Below are positions 1 through 14,581 of a stretch of 64,000 bases of DNA, in pieces; position 1 is the stretch's first letter, and each line of letters starts with the position of its first letter. The stretch is taken from positions 231,122-295,121 of the forward strand of contig CAXHJY010001669.1 of NCBI GenBank assembly GCA_964016885.1. The letters are read 5' to 3'. The DNA comes from Eledone cirrhosa. Its lineage: Eukaryota. Position numbers and translations under genes: made by a program. Below the pieces are notes generated by a model. It was not told where the DNA came from. It did no database searches and was given only the letters and a program-made list of their open reading frames with translations.

Positions 1-2257
1 ATAACTTTTCAATTCCAATATATGCGCCAAACCAACTTTGATATGTAAAATTGAGGATTTACTGTGTATTATCTTTTCAGAACAAAACTATGGTTTCATC
101 AACCCCGCCTAAACAAGTGTAGGCAGTATAGTGTCGACTACCTGAAGTATGAGTTTGTTGCAACTCCAGCAACCACAGTGTCTACTATGCAAAAAGACCT
201 TTACAAACGAAGCGATGAAACCATCAAGGTTTCAGGAACACTTGAGCAAGATGCATCCTGATAAAGCAGAAAAAAAATTGTGTTATTTTCAATCTCTTCG
301 AGATAATTTTCACAGGTGGAAAACAATCGGAAGTTTTTCCACAGTTCATACAATCAGTCTAATGACAGTTTGCGCCCTTCATATAATATTTCACTTCTAA
401 TTGCGAAGTCCGGTAGACCTCACACAATAGGAGAATAGCTAATCTTACCAGCTGTAAATGGAGTCATAAAGACGGTGCTACAAAGCGCACCATAGCCAAT
501 TATCAAAGGTATTCCTCTGAGTAATAGCTCTGTCCAGAGGAGGGTTGATGAAAGCGGCAGAAGATGTCAAAGAACAACTCTGCCCAATTCTGAAGAAAAC
601 AGAATTTAGCTTGCAGTTAGACGAGTCTACTTTGCCAGGCAATGCATCCCTCCTCACATATGTTCGTTTCGTGAAAGATGAAATTTGTTCCGAGAACTGC
701 TGTTTGCCAGACTATTCGAAACTGATACCAAAGGGGAATCCATTTTCAATGTGGTCAGGGATTTTATCGACGAAAAGGAAATCCCATTGACTAATATCGT
801 AGCCTGTGCGACTGACGGTGCACCGTCAATGATTGGCTGTCATCGCAGCTTCATCAGTTATCTCAAAGCCAGTCTACCTGATGTCTTCATGATGCACTGT
901 GTGATTCACCGACAGCATCTTGTTGCACGAAACCTCAGTGGTCGTGTTTACTATTCCCTAAATACGGTCATATTTGCCGTAAATAAAATCAAGGATCGTG
1001 CTCTGAACTATCATCTCTTTGCCTGAAAACGATGAGGATTTCCAAAACTTGCTGCTCCACACAGAGATGAGGTGGTTATCAAGAGGAAATTGTCTCAGTC
1101 AATTTTACATATTGTTTGATTCAGTAATGGAGTTCTTTGATACCGCCATCCCTGAACTTAGTGAGAGGCTTAAAAGCACGAAGAAGGATATTGCATACTT
1201 GTCTGACTTATTCACTAAATTCGATGAAGTGAGTAAGTAGCTGCAAGGAGATGGTGTTAATGTCATTCAAGTGAAATCAACCATCTGAACATTTCAAGCT
1301 AAACTTGTTATGTATAAGCGCAACATTGGACGCTGGGAGTTTCTCCAGTTTCCTTGCTTGTCTGCTTTTGAAAAGGACGGAAAACTTCCAGACGAGGATC
1401 TGTTTGTCTTTTGCTCCCACCTTACTGAACTGCACGAAGATATTGTGTGACGATTTCATGATCTGTTTGCTCTTCGAGTCCCTGAATGGATTATCAACCC
1501 CTTCATTGACATATGTGGAGAAGAGAGTGGAGAGTTAGAAGAGAGTAGAGAGTTAGAGGAGGAGCTGATAACTCTTCAGAATGAAATTGAGATGACGCCT
1601 AAATTCTGTAAGGGCTATCAAGAATTTTGGCTTCAAAAGGCTATCCGTGACCGCTATCCAGAGCTTTGGAAGAAAGTCAAATTGTTCTTCATTGCCTTTC
1701 CAACATTATATTTGGTTGAGAGAGAGTTCAGTGCGGTTTCTGGCCTTCTTACGAATTACAGAGCGTGGAGATATCAGGCTTCTTAGTACATTTCAGCCTT
1801 AGATTGAGAGGCTACTTTCACTTCACTAAATGCATCCTTCTCATTGAACCCCTTCTCTAAAAACCAATCTGGGTGGGCTGTTTTTGTGGTATACTAATGA
1901 CTTCTCCAATATGCGTTGTAAATTTGTGCACTGTTTTATTAAGAATATATTTGCGTATGTAGAAAGGTCTATTTTTTGGCGGTGGATTGGGTGACGCTAT
2001 GGATTTATTATTTGTAATATTATTATAGCATCGTATACATATGATATAATAGTATATTAACTATCAAATGATACATATTATATATAAATTAGTAAAATAT
2101 AAAAAATTATATGATATATATAAATTAATGATTTTATTTGTTATATATTATTTATAATTTGCGTGTTGGCAGGTCTCTCTTGAAATAGGGGTGGGGGCGC
2201 TGAGGGTATAACGGGGCCGTGAGTGGGGAGGTGGCCCTAAAAGCTTGAGAACCTCTG
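1..2257 (+). mobile_element. Degenerate hAT (Buster/Charlie-type, ZBED5/SCAND3-like) DNA transposon, left end outside window
   Basis: Frameshifted ORF pieces 149-1786 carry Buster-type motifs (FSLQLDEST, CATDGAPSMIG, HCVIHRQHL, LLLHTEMRWLSRG, FPTLYLVEREFS). Right TIR-like end 'ttgagaacctctg' ends at 2257, followed by 'atgTAaac' (nnnTAnnn target typical of Buster). Confidence 0.85.
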
Positions 2258-2648
2258 ATGTAAACGGACGTGTTGCTATTGTTGTTGTTTCAATGTAAAT
2301 ATTTATTTCTACATAAATCTAACATCCAGAAAAGAAATACAAATTCACTTCTAGATATATGAAAAAATAGATCGATAAAAACGATAAAATACTCTCGTGT
2401 TCTCAATATAGCATATATGTGTGTCTGTGTTCGTATATATGTGTGTATGTGTGTATCTGTGTGCGCGTACGTGTGTTTGTGTATGCATGTGCATGCATGT
2501 GCGTGTGCGTGCATGTGTTTGTGTGTGCGTTTGTATGTGTGTATGTGCACGGATGTGTGCGTAATATGTTAATATGTGGATTATATCATTAAAAAAACAT
2601 TCAGGACATATATAACGAAACACACACACACATACACACACACTCACG

Positions 2649-2722
<74 letters not shown>

Positions 2723-2728
2723 CATACA

Positions 2729-2791
<63 letters not shown>

Positions 2792-2839
2792 CGTTTCTGA
2801 ATTTGTTGCTTTCACTCCAATTTATTATAAATTAAATTT

Positions 2840-5418
2840 ATAAATTTAAGAATTTATAAATTTCCGGTTCCATAACCGGACGGTTGTTCATATATTGTCA
2901 AAGTTCTTTCGTCACACATTCTGTGACCTCTTCAGTGACTGGGATTCTTTTCTTTGTTTTGTGCCTCTCCTTTGTTCTATCCTACGCCATCTTGTTTTTG
3001 TGTGTGTTGTGTGCTTAGTTTGCGCATGCGCCACATCCGGGTGTCTGTGTGTGTTTTTATTTGTTTATTTATTTGTTTATTTACATGTTACTGGTTGGTT
3101 GTTTGTTCAATGTGTGTGTGTGTTTTCATTTTGTCCTTAATTGTAAGTTGTGATGTAGCTGTTCCATTCATGTTTTCTATTTAATTTTGGTTGGAGTTCA
3201 TTTATGTTTATTGCCTCTGTGATTTGTCTAAACATTGCGTCTTTTCTGTGTGTAGATTCTATTTTTATTTCTATGTTCTCTAATTTTCCCTTATGTTCTA
3301 TTTTAGCATGTTGGTAGAGTACAGATGATTCTTTTTTATCTTGAAGTTCTCGCCAGTGTTCATTTAACCGTTCTCCTATACTACGAACTGTCTCACCTAT
3401 GTACACTATATTCTTATCTTTACATTTTCCTTCAGTACATCTTATGCTATATACTACATTTCTAGTTTTACAGTTAATATGGAGGCTTAGTTTACAGATT
3501 ATGCATTTCTTATCTATACAGGGAGGTCTTTGAAAAGGGTATGTATTGCTAATAAGTGCTTTTATGGTGGTACCTGGTCTTTCTACTATCTTAATATTAA
3601 GTTTATGTTTATCTAGGGCCCTTCTAAATTTGTAAGCTAATTCACCTCTAGGGGTTGTATTGATGAACATTACACTCTGGTATTTATTGCTATCATACTA
3701 TGAGTTTATTCTATTAACCTTATTCCTAGTCCTTTCTATTCTATTCCAAAATTTGCTCCTATACAAGGGGCAGGTCCCATTTGTATCATTATGTTTTCCC
3801 ATTTGGTTCTGGCTCCTCTATATACTCTGATTTTATCTCTCTGATTGTAACCAGAGAACTGTATACGATGGATGAAGTGTTGTATGTGTCTCTCTAGTTC
3901 TTTGGAGTTGCACATGCGCGACACGTTTCTCATCACCCGTACCAAATCCGCAATCAGTATGTTGATTTTGGTGTGATCCGAAACAGCTGAGTTTCGGTGG
4001 ATCAGATATTTGGAAGTCATGGGTTTGGCATAATGGGAACGGAGGATTTGTTTTTTGTTATTAATGGTTTCTAACTAGAGCTCTGTGTCTAGTACAGGTA
4101 ATCGATGGTTGGGGTGTTTGCTTGGGTAGTCTATAGTAACTCTAATACTCTGGTGGATGGAGTTAGCTATTTGCTGGATGCTTTCCATAGTGTTTTTCTC
4201 TAATTTCTGACTGTTCTCTAGTGGGGTGTTTTACTACGATGTTTATATCATCAACGTAGCGGGAGTACATTATCAGGGTTAAGAGGTTGCTGTCTTCTAA
4301 TTGTTCTTTAAGTTTAAGTTTAAGTTTATTGTCCCACCATACCATGAATAGGTTAGCTATGTCACCTGCAATGCTAACACCAATGGCTGCTCCCTCCTCT
4401 TGGGCATATGTTTTAAATTTGAACATATGTTCCTTAAGGGTTAATTTTATACTGGCCCCCACCGCATGTGCAATCATTTTCTTTAGTTCATCGTGGTTTT
4501 CGGTGTGTGGGTTTTCTTGGCCATTGAGGTAATGGTAGGTGGTCTGCCTCTTGCTGGTCTTGTAGGGCAAAGGTTGCTAAGGTCATATGTATCTAGATAA
4601 TCATTACTATAGGTAAGTTTAAGTAGGAGTCCCAGCTCACTGGTATCAATCCCACGGAATTCAACATTGCTCTCACTGATCATTTCTACGCATTTCTCCA
4701 CAGCAAAATCCACGTCAATGGATGAATATAGGGACACAACATCCATACTACCTATTATACAGTTTGTTACGTCCCTAGATCGGTTATTTTCGTAGATTCT
4801 GCTGAGGAGGTCCTCCGTGCTGTCACATATATCTGGGGACATTTCAATGATGGGGCGTATGATCAGGGAGAGGAAGTAGGAATGTCTGTAGTTACTAGCA
4901 ATGTTAGCTCCATAGACTGGCCGTGTTGGTGGTCCTGTGACATGGTCACTGCTCGTTTTATGGTCTTTTCGAAGAAGCACAATTTAGTATAGCTAGATCT
5001 AAACTTAGAAATATTATAGAACAGTATAGCAAGAAGCAAAATAGAATGGAGGCCCAGCAACTGGGAGAAAAATCTGCAAATGGCTTGCGTAAGCTCATGC
5101 AGCCCTCGCGTAATGGAGAGATTGCATGCTTTCTAACAGACAAGTCTGGCAGAATGTCGGTTGACAGTCTGTCAAACTACACCCAGGCAATGCAATCCCA
5201 CATCACTAACACAAGAGAAGTAACACCACAAGAGCATGAGGATAGGGAGAAAACCCTCAATGCCCATATGATGATGTGGACAAACATAATGCAGCCCAAT
5301 AAAAGGACTGCCAACAACTTCCAGGCCTGGAACAATGACGTGCCAGCGTTGTATGGGCTTCGAAAAGACCATAAAACGAGCAGTGACCCTGTCACAGGAC
5401 CACCAGCACGGCCAGTCT
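2840..5418 (-). mobile_element. Penelope-like retroelement (family 1), degenerate, with inverted 5' segment
   Basis: Minus-strand RT (GSMDVVSLY, YSRYVDD) and GIY-YIG (NVVYSIRC...YIGETVRSIGERLNEH) pieces at 3137-4980. The upstream part of the ORF lies on + at 4975-5418. The 3' terminal repeat contains an HHR. Confidence 0.9.
2897..2939 (-). ncRNA. Minimal type I hammerhead ribozyme motif in PLE terminal repeat
   Basis: Minus strand reads GUCA-CUGAAGA-G-GUCACA-gaaug-UGUGAC-GAAA-gaac-UU-UGAC: intact core, 6-bp stem II, 4-bp stem I. Confidence 0.75.
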
Positions 5419-5619
5419 GATTTTGTCAGATTTTAAGAACATCTGCATACAATTTGTAGTGTAAAGTATGTGACATGAATTGTAATAGTGACGTTGGTGT
5501 GATTGGATGAATGTGTAAATCGATCTTTCCTATATAAAGGCGTTGTGTTGAATGCCGTATTGAATGAACAATAAACAAAATCTGCTACTTAAATAATTTT
5601 AGTAATTAATAACTTGCCT

Positions 5620-5835
5620 GAGAGCGGTAGATTAGCAGTATCGGTAGAGCGACGAACAACATGCGGCATAGAGTTACGGCCCTTTACGATCTGTGTTCAA
5701 ATCCTGCCGAGGTTAGCTTTGCCTTACGGGGCCGATAAAATAAAGTACAAGTAATGCACTGGAGTCGATTTAATCGACATTCCCACTCCCAAAAATTGTT
5801 GGCTTTCTGTCTAAATCAGAAACCACCAATTAATA
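5620..5835 (+). mobile_element. tRNA-derived SINE (diverged copy of the main family)
   Basis: A-box-like 'tagcagtatcggtaga', B-box 'gttcaaatcc', core 'gaggttagctttgcc...gataaaataaagtac' shared with many copies in the window. Confidence 0.75.
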
Positions 5836-7189
5836 ACTTGCTTCGAAGTTATTGAGGCAATCTAGGAAAAACAATAGATATTCACAGTAAAATTGTGTGA
5901 GCGTTTGTATGTTGTTGGTGATAGTATGACAGTCTTAGCACGCTGGTCTAAAGGCCGAGACCTAAAAGGTCGGAATAAATCTATTGACAACTAGATACAT
6001 CGTTCTGATGTCTTTTATGAACTGGGGCTAATTGTGTCGGACAGCCGAGAGCAGTCTATTTCATATGATGATAGCATTATATTCTGATAATCTGCAGATG
6101 GTCTCAAGAAAACCATTCCTCGAGACAATTTGGCGACACGAGTCCCAAACAAATGAATTAAATATGTATGAGGCGAAAAGGTCAGCGTGTGTGGTCACAA
6201 TGACCTATTTAGCTAACTTGAGAACAAATTCAAATCAGTCTGATTGCATTCGCTACATATTTACCTAGACAAAATTGTATTTCTGGACTGACTGAATTCG
6301 TAGTTACACAACGGAAGTTGTCGACAACTGGAAATGAATTAGAGAAATATAATTTACCCAGATTATATTCACTCCTAACAACAATGTCCTAAGCCATGCG
6401 GAGCCACAATTCATTTAATAACTTCGAGGAGGAATGTTCACAAATACAGTTTTAACTGTACTCAAAATCACTAAGGCAAACATTTCTCAAAGTTTGAAAA
6501 TGTGAAAGTCCCAAATGTATAAATTAACTGTAATGACACTATAGATAATAGTTGAGAATGTTTGATTAATTACCGTTAGGGACGAGACAATGTTGGTAGA
6601 TGCACCCCTGTCTATTTTCCCCATTTCTAAGTGTAATTTACCATGCTTTCTCAACTTATCTATTGTGATCGACTATTATTACAGTTTTTTTCTGCGTATG
6701 GGACTCTCACGTTTTCAAATTTCAGAAACTCACAACGCTTCGATAATTCGTAAGGTCTATTTCTCAAAATGCATAAACATATTTAGAACCATGTCCACCA
6801 TCTCTCTACTATAAACCACAATATGGAGTGGACTTCTGTGAGTTTCGACAATGAGTGCTCCAATGGTTCGATCGAATTCATGAAATTAACGTGTAATTAT
6901 TCCAAAGACACGTGTACCCTTAACTCAATTCCTCGGGAGATTCAGCATGACACAGTGTGTAACATGACTGGTCCTTTGATTTACAGGTACAATCCGTCCG
7001 ACGGGATTCTAAACAGTTTCCGTCTGCTCAAGTATATTCAGAAGACATGAGTCGACCTGAAGCTATGGTAAATGATATTTGACCAAGATGCCATGCAGTT
7101 GGATCAAAGCCGGGACCTAATGCTTGTGAAGCGAACTTCTAAACCATTTTGCTATTAAAACGATGAAGGTCCAACAATATATATATATT

Positions 7190-7800
7190 GATTGCAATTG
7201 TTGATTTCTGTATTTGATTCGGTATGTGATATCTTTTGTTTGACTATAAATTTAAAGAAAACGGTTTTGTGTCAACCTGCACTTGATCAATTTGTGCAGC
7301 AACCTAAAATATGTGTGAAAGCTAATCTTCTTAAGGTTGATGAATCTTTCATATACCTTGGGAGTGCAGTGAATAAAGATAAACATTGGATTCAGAAATA
7401 ACTCTAAGCATTCAAAAGACAGCAAAATGTTTCGGTAGTTTAAAGTCTCGGGTTTGGTCACAAAGACATATCAAGAATGAAACAAAAATATGTTTATAAA
7501 TCCTTTATGTTATCCTCTCTTCTGTACTCCTTGGAAAGGTTGGAGGTATTAAAAACATTATTTCAGACTCCTGGAACGATTCCATCAAAAATGTTTACGC
7601 CATATTCTGAAATAAAATGGAATCCATTCACTTCTTACTTTGGATCTGGTATTTGTTCCATCCCGGCAATAATTTTGAAAAGCCAGCTGCGGTCCGTATG
7701 AGTGACGAGCGTGTCCCTAAGCAATTGTGTTATGTGGAAGTTGTTCAGGAAAACCTGGAAAGTTTCGCAGCGGATCGTTATATCTGGTGTTCAAAATGAT
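7190..7800 (+). pseudogene. Highly degenerate RTE-type LINE ORF2 fragment
   Basis: LTINLKKTVLCQP...VDESFIYLGS and QLR..RMSDERVPKQLCY resemble the RTE RT thumb and C-terminus. Confidence 0.6.
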
Positions 7801-8134
7801 GGGATGGGGTGAAAACGTTAAAGCAAAACAAGTTAATGAAGATTAATATTAAGGGGTAGGGTGGGGGAGCCAGTAAGGGAATATGAACTTTTCATTTATA
7901 GTTTGGGCCAAATTTGCATTCGTTGTCGACTTATTTTCCGAAAATGGAACGAGGGGAGTGAATTAAGGGTGGGGTGGGGGGGGGGGGGGGGGTTACTGCT
8001 CTTTCTAGCACACAGATACTGTCTGGTCGTCCTTCAAGCTAGCTATATAGATGGAGTGAAATACTAATTCAACTCTCTCTAACTATCAAAAACGTAATTT
8101 GTGAAATTCTGTGTGTGTGTGTGCGCGCGCGCGC

Positions 8135-8184
<50 letters not shown>

Positions 8185-8919
8185 GTGTGTGTGTGTAGGT
8201 GTGTGTGTGTAGGTGTGTGTGTAGCTGTGTGTGTGTGTGTCTGTCTATCTGTCTATGTAGGTGTGTGTGTGTCTGTGTAGGTGTGTGTGTTTCTGTGTAG
8301 GTGTGTGTGTGTCTGTGTAGGTGTGTGTGTTTCTGTATGTCCAACAACGCAACACAGACTTAAAAAAAACACTTTCACTATACTGACAGGTAATTTATGT
8401 TGTTGTCATTCTGGCTTTCTCGTTTTTTTCCTAGTTTTTTTTTTTTTATTCGTGTTTTCAACTAATGTGACCTCACAATCGCCTCTTTTCCGAAAACGGA
8501 ATGAGGGGGTAAACACGTAAACTATGGTTCCGATGCTGCCATGTTTGCACTACAAAAATGAAATATACCCGACGAGGTGTCCAACCTCCAACACGGCCAA
8601 TATATTACCAATAGAGGGGAGGGGGAGATTTCTTCTGTGGAAATTTGTTTTCTTTTCTATTTTTTTTTCCGTTTATTTTCGACCGATCTGACATCAGACT
8701 CACTCGCCAACGACTCCTTTTTCCGAAAACGGAGGCAGGGAATGAGGGGGACTCTCGGAGTTACAGATAAGCACCTCTCAGCCGTTTAAATTTATAGAAA
8801 AGCAATCCCTTTCTACTGAAGAATGTTTTTATCCTTCATAAGTTTCTACTGTTGTGGAAAGCGTTGTAAATTTAATTAATCAAGTGTTCTTCCAATTTTG
8901 AAATCCATCGTTCCAACGA

Positions 8920-9520
8920 GGAGTGGCTGTGTGGAAGAGCCTTTTTTTACCCCCCAAAAATCACAATGAAGGCCATCAACAAAAATCTCACAAATGATCC
9001 CTGGAGATAGCCAGACCTATAAATCTATCGACAAAGTTGTCAACGAAGAAAAAGCTGTTCATTTTCCTGTTAAATGTCTCAATAGTCTGGAATCGTCTGG
9101 TATGCTGTTACACAACCTTGAATCGAAGAAGGGCACAATCATTATGCTTTTCAGAAAGCTGGATCAGTCAAGATTGTGTAATGGGATACATATGGTTGTA
9201 ACTGAACTACAGATTCACATTATCGAAACCAAAATCTTTACTGGATGTGGTAAGGGAGACATCGTATTTATACCTACAATATTGCTAATACCATCAGATT
9301 TCCCCTTTTCGTTTCAAACTATTACAATTCCCAAATGAGAGTCAGTTACTTAATGACCATTAACAAGTCCCAAGGTCAAACCCTGCAGGTTATCAGTCTC
9401 CATCTAGAAGAAGGCTATTTCACACATTATCAATTTTGTGTAGGTTGTTCCAGAGTAGGAAACCTCTACAAACTCTACATTTATGCTAAAAAAAAAAACA
9501 GTTAAAAACAATGTGTACAG
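8920..9520 (+). pseudogene. Helitron RepHel PIF1-like helicase C-terminal remnant
   Basis: CLNSLESSGM..HNL..KKGTIIMLFRKLD..RLCNG, VFIP..LIPSD, then MTINKSQGQTL and GCSRVG after a frameshift (PIF1 helicase motifs). Confidence 0.85.
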
Positions 9521-10001
9521 AATACATTTTTCTATTATTTTCTTTATTATTTTCTGTATTTAGATATTCTAAATAAATTTTAAAAATTATGATATTCAAT
9601 ATTTAAATACCGTTTAACATCTTTTATTCCAAGGAAAATGGGCATTACGATAGATGCCAATAGGTACCTTATAAATAGATTTGCACACAGTACAGACTGG
9701 GGTGAAGACCAAGAGGCCAGTAGTATATATATAGAGAGAAAGAATGAAGAGTAACATGGTTGGCTGTACAACAAGGGGCTTTATTTCAGGTATTGACAAT
9801 TGTTTCATTGATCAGGTGAGTCTTCATTATTTCACTATTATTACTCCAAGTATAACCTGCATAGGAATTACCGCGAACTCGCTGCCTAACTATGGAAACA
9901 TCTTGTTGAGTCAAACAAAGCCGTACGTTAAAACTATCCACGACGCAGAATACTCACAACCTCTAACTGGATTACCTATAACGATAACTTGTTATCCCAT
10001 A

Positions 10002-10096
<95 letters not shown>

Positions 10097-10241
10097 TTAT
10101 ATATATATATAACGAAGGAAGTGTGGTAAGGAACCTGATGGACCATAACGCACCAGAGTACTCAATACTTAGCGTAGTACAGTGGGTAATAGGAAAATGT
10201 TTAACCCCGACGGCAGAGCTCAAGCCGTTTAGTTTAGACGG

Positions 10242-10272
<31 letters not shown>

Positions 10273-10275
<3 letters not shown>

Positions 10276-11966
10276 GAGGGTCATATTTGTGTAATATTGC
10301 CGGAAATAATAACCGAACACACTCACTGTTTGATTGGTTTTCGCTTCTGTGTCTTTTATATCGGTTAATTTAATTTATTCGGTCCTCAATGTTGCCATTG
10401 ACTGACCAACGGTCAAAAATACAGATACAATATAGACACAAACACATATATATAGTCTATCATATATAGTTCTTTCGTTGCACATCTGCAACATCGTCAG
10501 TGTTGCTATTATGTTTTCTCCCGTTGCATTGTATGCTTACGCCATCTTTATTTAGTCTTTTTATTTATTTATTTATTTATTTATACTTCTCTTAGGTCAG
10601 TGTTGTTTGTTTGGGTGTTGTTGTTATTCCATTCATTTTTTCTGTTTAGCCTTGGCCTTCTAAGTTCTATTTCGCTGCCCTCTCTGATTTGCCTATCTGC
10701 TGGGTCATTTATATGTTTAGATATTATTCTAACTTCTATGTTGTCTATGTTACCGTTGTGTTGTTGTCTGGCATGTTCGTATAGTACTGAACCGTTTTTT
10801 CGTCCTTTTAGTTCCCCCTAGTGTTGGTCTATCCTTTCACCTATGCTACGAGCTGTCTCGCCTATGTATGTTGTTGTCATGTTTCTGCAAGTACCCTCTG
10901 TACATCTTATGCTATAGACTACGTTTCTAGTTTTACAGTTTATCCGGGGGTTTACTCTACATATGATACATTTCCTATTAGTACAGTGGGTTTTCTTAAA
11001 AGGGTAGGTTTTGCTGATCAGGGATTTTATGGTGGTTCCTGGCTTTTCTACCACCTTAATCTTTAAGTGGGTCTTTCTCAAGGCCTTTCTACACTGGCTA
11101 GCTAATTTCCCTCCAGGGGTAGCGTCCATAAACATGATACTCTGGTATCTCTGGTTGTCGTACCATGAGGTGGCGTTCCCTATCTTATGTCTAGTCCTAT
11201 CTAAGCTATTCCATGATTTGCTCCTGTATAATGGGCAAATTCCTTTCATGTCCAGTTCTATGAGGGTCTTATACTTCTCCGTGGCTCCTTCGTATACTCT
11301 GATTCTGTCTCTTTGGTTGTAGCCAGAGAACTGCATGCGGTTGATGAAGTGTTGGATGTGTCTTTCCATTTCTGTTGGGCCGCACATGCGGGACACGTTC
11401 TTCATCACTCGTACCAAGTCTGCGATCAGAATATTAAACTTAGCACTACTGGACATTGCTGAGTTTTTGAGTATCAAATATTTGGAGGCCATGGGTTTAG
11501 CATAGTGTGAGTGAAGAATTTGGGCTCTCTCGTCTATAGCGTTAATCCAGACTTTTGTGTCTAATACAGGTAGTCTATTGTTAGGGTGTTTGGAAGGGTA
11601 GTCGATAGTTACAGTTATACTCTGGTGTATGGAGTTAGCTATCTGCTGGATGCTTTCCATTGTGCTACGTTCTAAATCAAACTTGTTAGTGCTCTCTTGT
11701 GGGGATGTCCTTATTACTATATTGATGTCGTCTACGTAATGAGAGTACATGATAAGGTCTATGGAGCTCTCATCAAGGAGATCTTTGAGTCTCATTTCCC
11801 ACCATACCATAAAAAGGTTGGCAACGTCACCAGCTATGCTGACGCCAATGGCTGCTCTCTCAGTTTGGGTGTAGATCTTCTCGTTGAACTTGAATATGTG
11901 GCCGTTTAGGGTAGTTTTGATACTAGCCCCTATTGCATGTGCGACCATTTTTCTTACCTGATCATT
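10273..11966 (-). mobile_element. Inverted arm (RT 3' half, GIY-YIG, terminal repeat) of PLE family 2 insertion
   Basis: Near-identical reverse complement of 16149-18029; starts directly after a (TA)n tract; HHR motif at about 10465-10505. Confidence 0.92.
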
Positions 11967-12849
11967 TATTATTGAACAAAACACAAGCTGAACGACTAAA
12001 ACACACAATAACAGTTAATATGAAAAGAACAACATACACAAAAGTTAACGAACTTTACTGACAGAAACGCATTAACGGTAAGGAAGTCCGAAATCGCACC
12101 ACACCAAACGAGAGGGATGACTTCATTCGACGTGAAACGAAATACGCCCGAAACGAATGCAATAGGCATTTCAATAAAAAATTAGAATGGATGAATAAGA
12201 AAAAACTAGAAGAGAGAAGAATAGAATATTCACAAAAATACCCAGATGACATCAACAATATCCGTATGACTGATGTAGAACTACCTCACACAGTAAATAT
12301 TTATGGGAACACTTTAATTAGTGAACAAGAACAACAAATCCTGCAGCTACCACCAAAATTTGCCATCTACAAAAAGATTAACCCTATTGAGTGCAAAACG
12401 GAGCTGGAAAAGTGTTTCACAAAAATACGTTGGAATGCAAAAGTAAACAACAACAACAACTATACGGACAACAACAACAATAATAACGGTAGTAGTAAAC
12501 AATAACTCTGAGTATAGAAATAACAGCTATAATAGTAATAGTCATAACAATAACAATAGCAGGAGAGTGAGAAATAGTAATAATGGTAATAATATTAACG
12601 ATAGACAGAACAACAACAACAACAACCACAATAATAATAATAATAGAAACATTAACTACAGACACAGCAGCAGCGACCACAGTAGTAATAACGGTAACAA
12701 TACGAATAACAACAACAACCACAGTGGTAATAATAGAAATAATATATGTAGCAACATTAATGATAGACACAAGAAACATAATAAAAGTAACAACCACAAT
12801 GGTAGAAATAACAGTAACAACAACAATAACGGTGAAGTAAACAACAATA

Positions 12850-13216
12850 TATAGCGAAGATACTGGGTTGTATGAATGCAACAAAACGAGACATGGTTTG
12901 TGTATATAATATTTAATTAACGGTAGATGGAATACTTGACATGTCAAAGATAGATGTTAGAATGAAACAAAGTTAGTAGTTACCGTTTTGATTGCCAGGC
13001 AAACGCGGCTGGCAGAGGGCGCCTGGCTAAGGCCAGGCGCCTGTTGGCCAAATTAATGGCAGAGCCAAATGAGAAGACTCTTGACCTGGTGCCGAAAAGG
13101 CAAAGAGAGAGAGGAAGCTTAAAGTTGTTAGTTTTATAGGGCTCTGACCGGAAGTCGCAGAAAGGGTTCCACCTCCCGTCTAGATCCCAATCAAAACAAG
13201 GGAGACAACCGCTACA
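12850..13216 (-). repeat. 3' LTR
   Basis: Direct repeat of 14582-14948. Minus-strand TATAAAA (about 13138) and ATTAAA (about 12917). Confidence 0.9.
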
Positions 13217-14581
13217 TAACCTCCCGCCAGAATTTTAGTGTATAAAAATCGAAATGAAAATATGTAGCAAGTTGGCGAGAATGTTGTAACAGGCATGAAA
13301 ATTACGACAAAAGAATGTTTGGAAAAATCAATGATAGATATCAAGGTAGCCAACCGCTCTTGGCCAGAGAACGACTGGACATCCATCCATCCATCACCCA
13401 AAGATACAATGTAATAAAGTAAAAGTAATAGAAGAGCTCAAAGTTCAAAATATAGTTCACAGGTGTGCAATCACATGACAGCAGGAAAGAAAGTGTGTTC
13501 CAGAGAATGAATGCAGGTGGTTTCTGTTCTGTGGTATATCGTGAAATTTCCAACCTCCGAATGGATTTTCTCACAGGAAGAGTGCTGCAAAAATGAATTC
13601 TCTGGCTTTGGTGAAGCTGTATTGATGTATTGCTGTTGCTGTTATATTGCTGTTGCTGCTGCTGTTGTCTCGCTGAGTGAGCGTATTCGGTGTTTAAATT
13701 CACAGTAAAAAATTTTTTTTTTAGAAAAAAATGAGTTGCGCAAAGTGCTAGAAATAGCAGCCGAAGTTGATGGTCGATGTTGAGAATGCGTTGACCTGGA
13801 AGGGTCAAGAGGCCAGCGACCAGAGAAATAAGCATTCTTAATAAATGCGCGGTTATCAACTGTAAATTTACATTGTAAATTTATAAACCGGCAAATAGAA
13901 GAATATAGCTTAAGGCTGAAGAATCCCTGGTGATAAATGGCGTGCGGCTGTCTGTGAGTAGAGACATCTCTGCGAATCGAGAATTTGTGCTGCCTACACG
14001 TGCCAATACAAGTTTGAAAAAAATAATATTTCTAACGCGCGAGAAAATGATAGTGCAATTTTGAAAGTGACAATGATGAAAAAGAAAGGCTTCACTCAGC
14101 ATAATTATTGGTGTGAACTTTTGGAAAAAAAAAAAAACTTGAACGATGAAGAAAACGATGAACAAAAAGGCAATGGTTTATCGAAAATAAATGTTCCTGT
14201 TGAAATGTTTTTTAAAGAATATCAGATTTCTTTTTTTTTTTTTTTGAAAGAGTTCGTTGTAAGAAACGAGAAACATATATATATATATCGTGAAATGTTT
14301 TTTTTTTTTTTTTTTGAAAGTGTTCGTTGTAAGAAACGAGAAACATATATATATATTGGTGAAATGCGACAGTTAATTGATGCGTGAGAGAAAAAGTCTG
14401 TCTGTGCGAATTCCACATGTGCGTGTGTGCGTGTCCTTGAGTATTTTCATAGTTTGTCGCTAAATTTGCTGTGTATTCGTAATGTTACTCACAAAACCAG
14501 ATGTGCTATTTTTTTCTTTTTGGGGGGTGACCACTTATAGCGATGAACGGCTGCGTGTTCGTATCACGTTAAGGTTACCAA

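Noticed and set aside
2290-2815. ORFs rich in YI/HT/CV/ER dipeptides (here and throughout)
   Set aside because: Translations of (TA)n, (CA)n, (GA)n and (CATA)n microsatellites.
8994-9338. Host PIF1 helicase gene
   Set aside because: Intronless, frameshifted and decayed at conserved residues; Helitron-type remnant.
13341-13859. 172-aa ORF inside the LTR element as gag
   Set aside because: No gag, zinc-knuckle or protease motif; low-complexity content.
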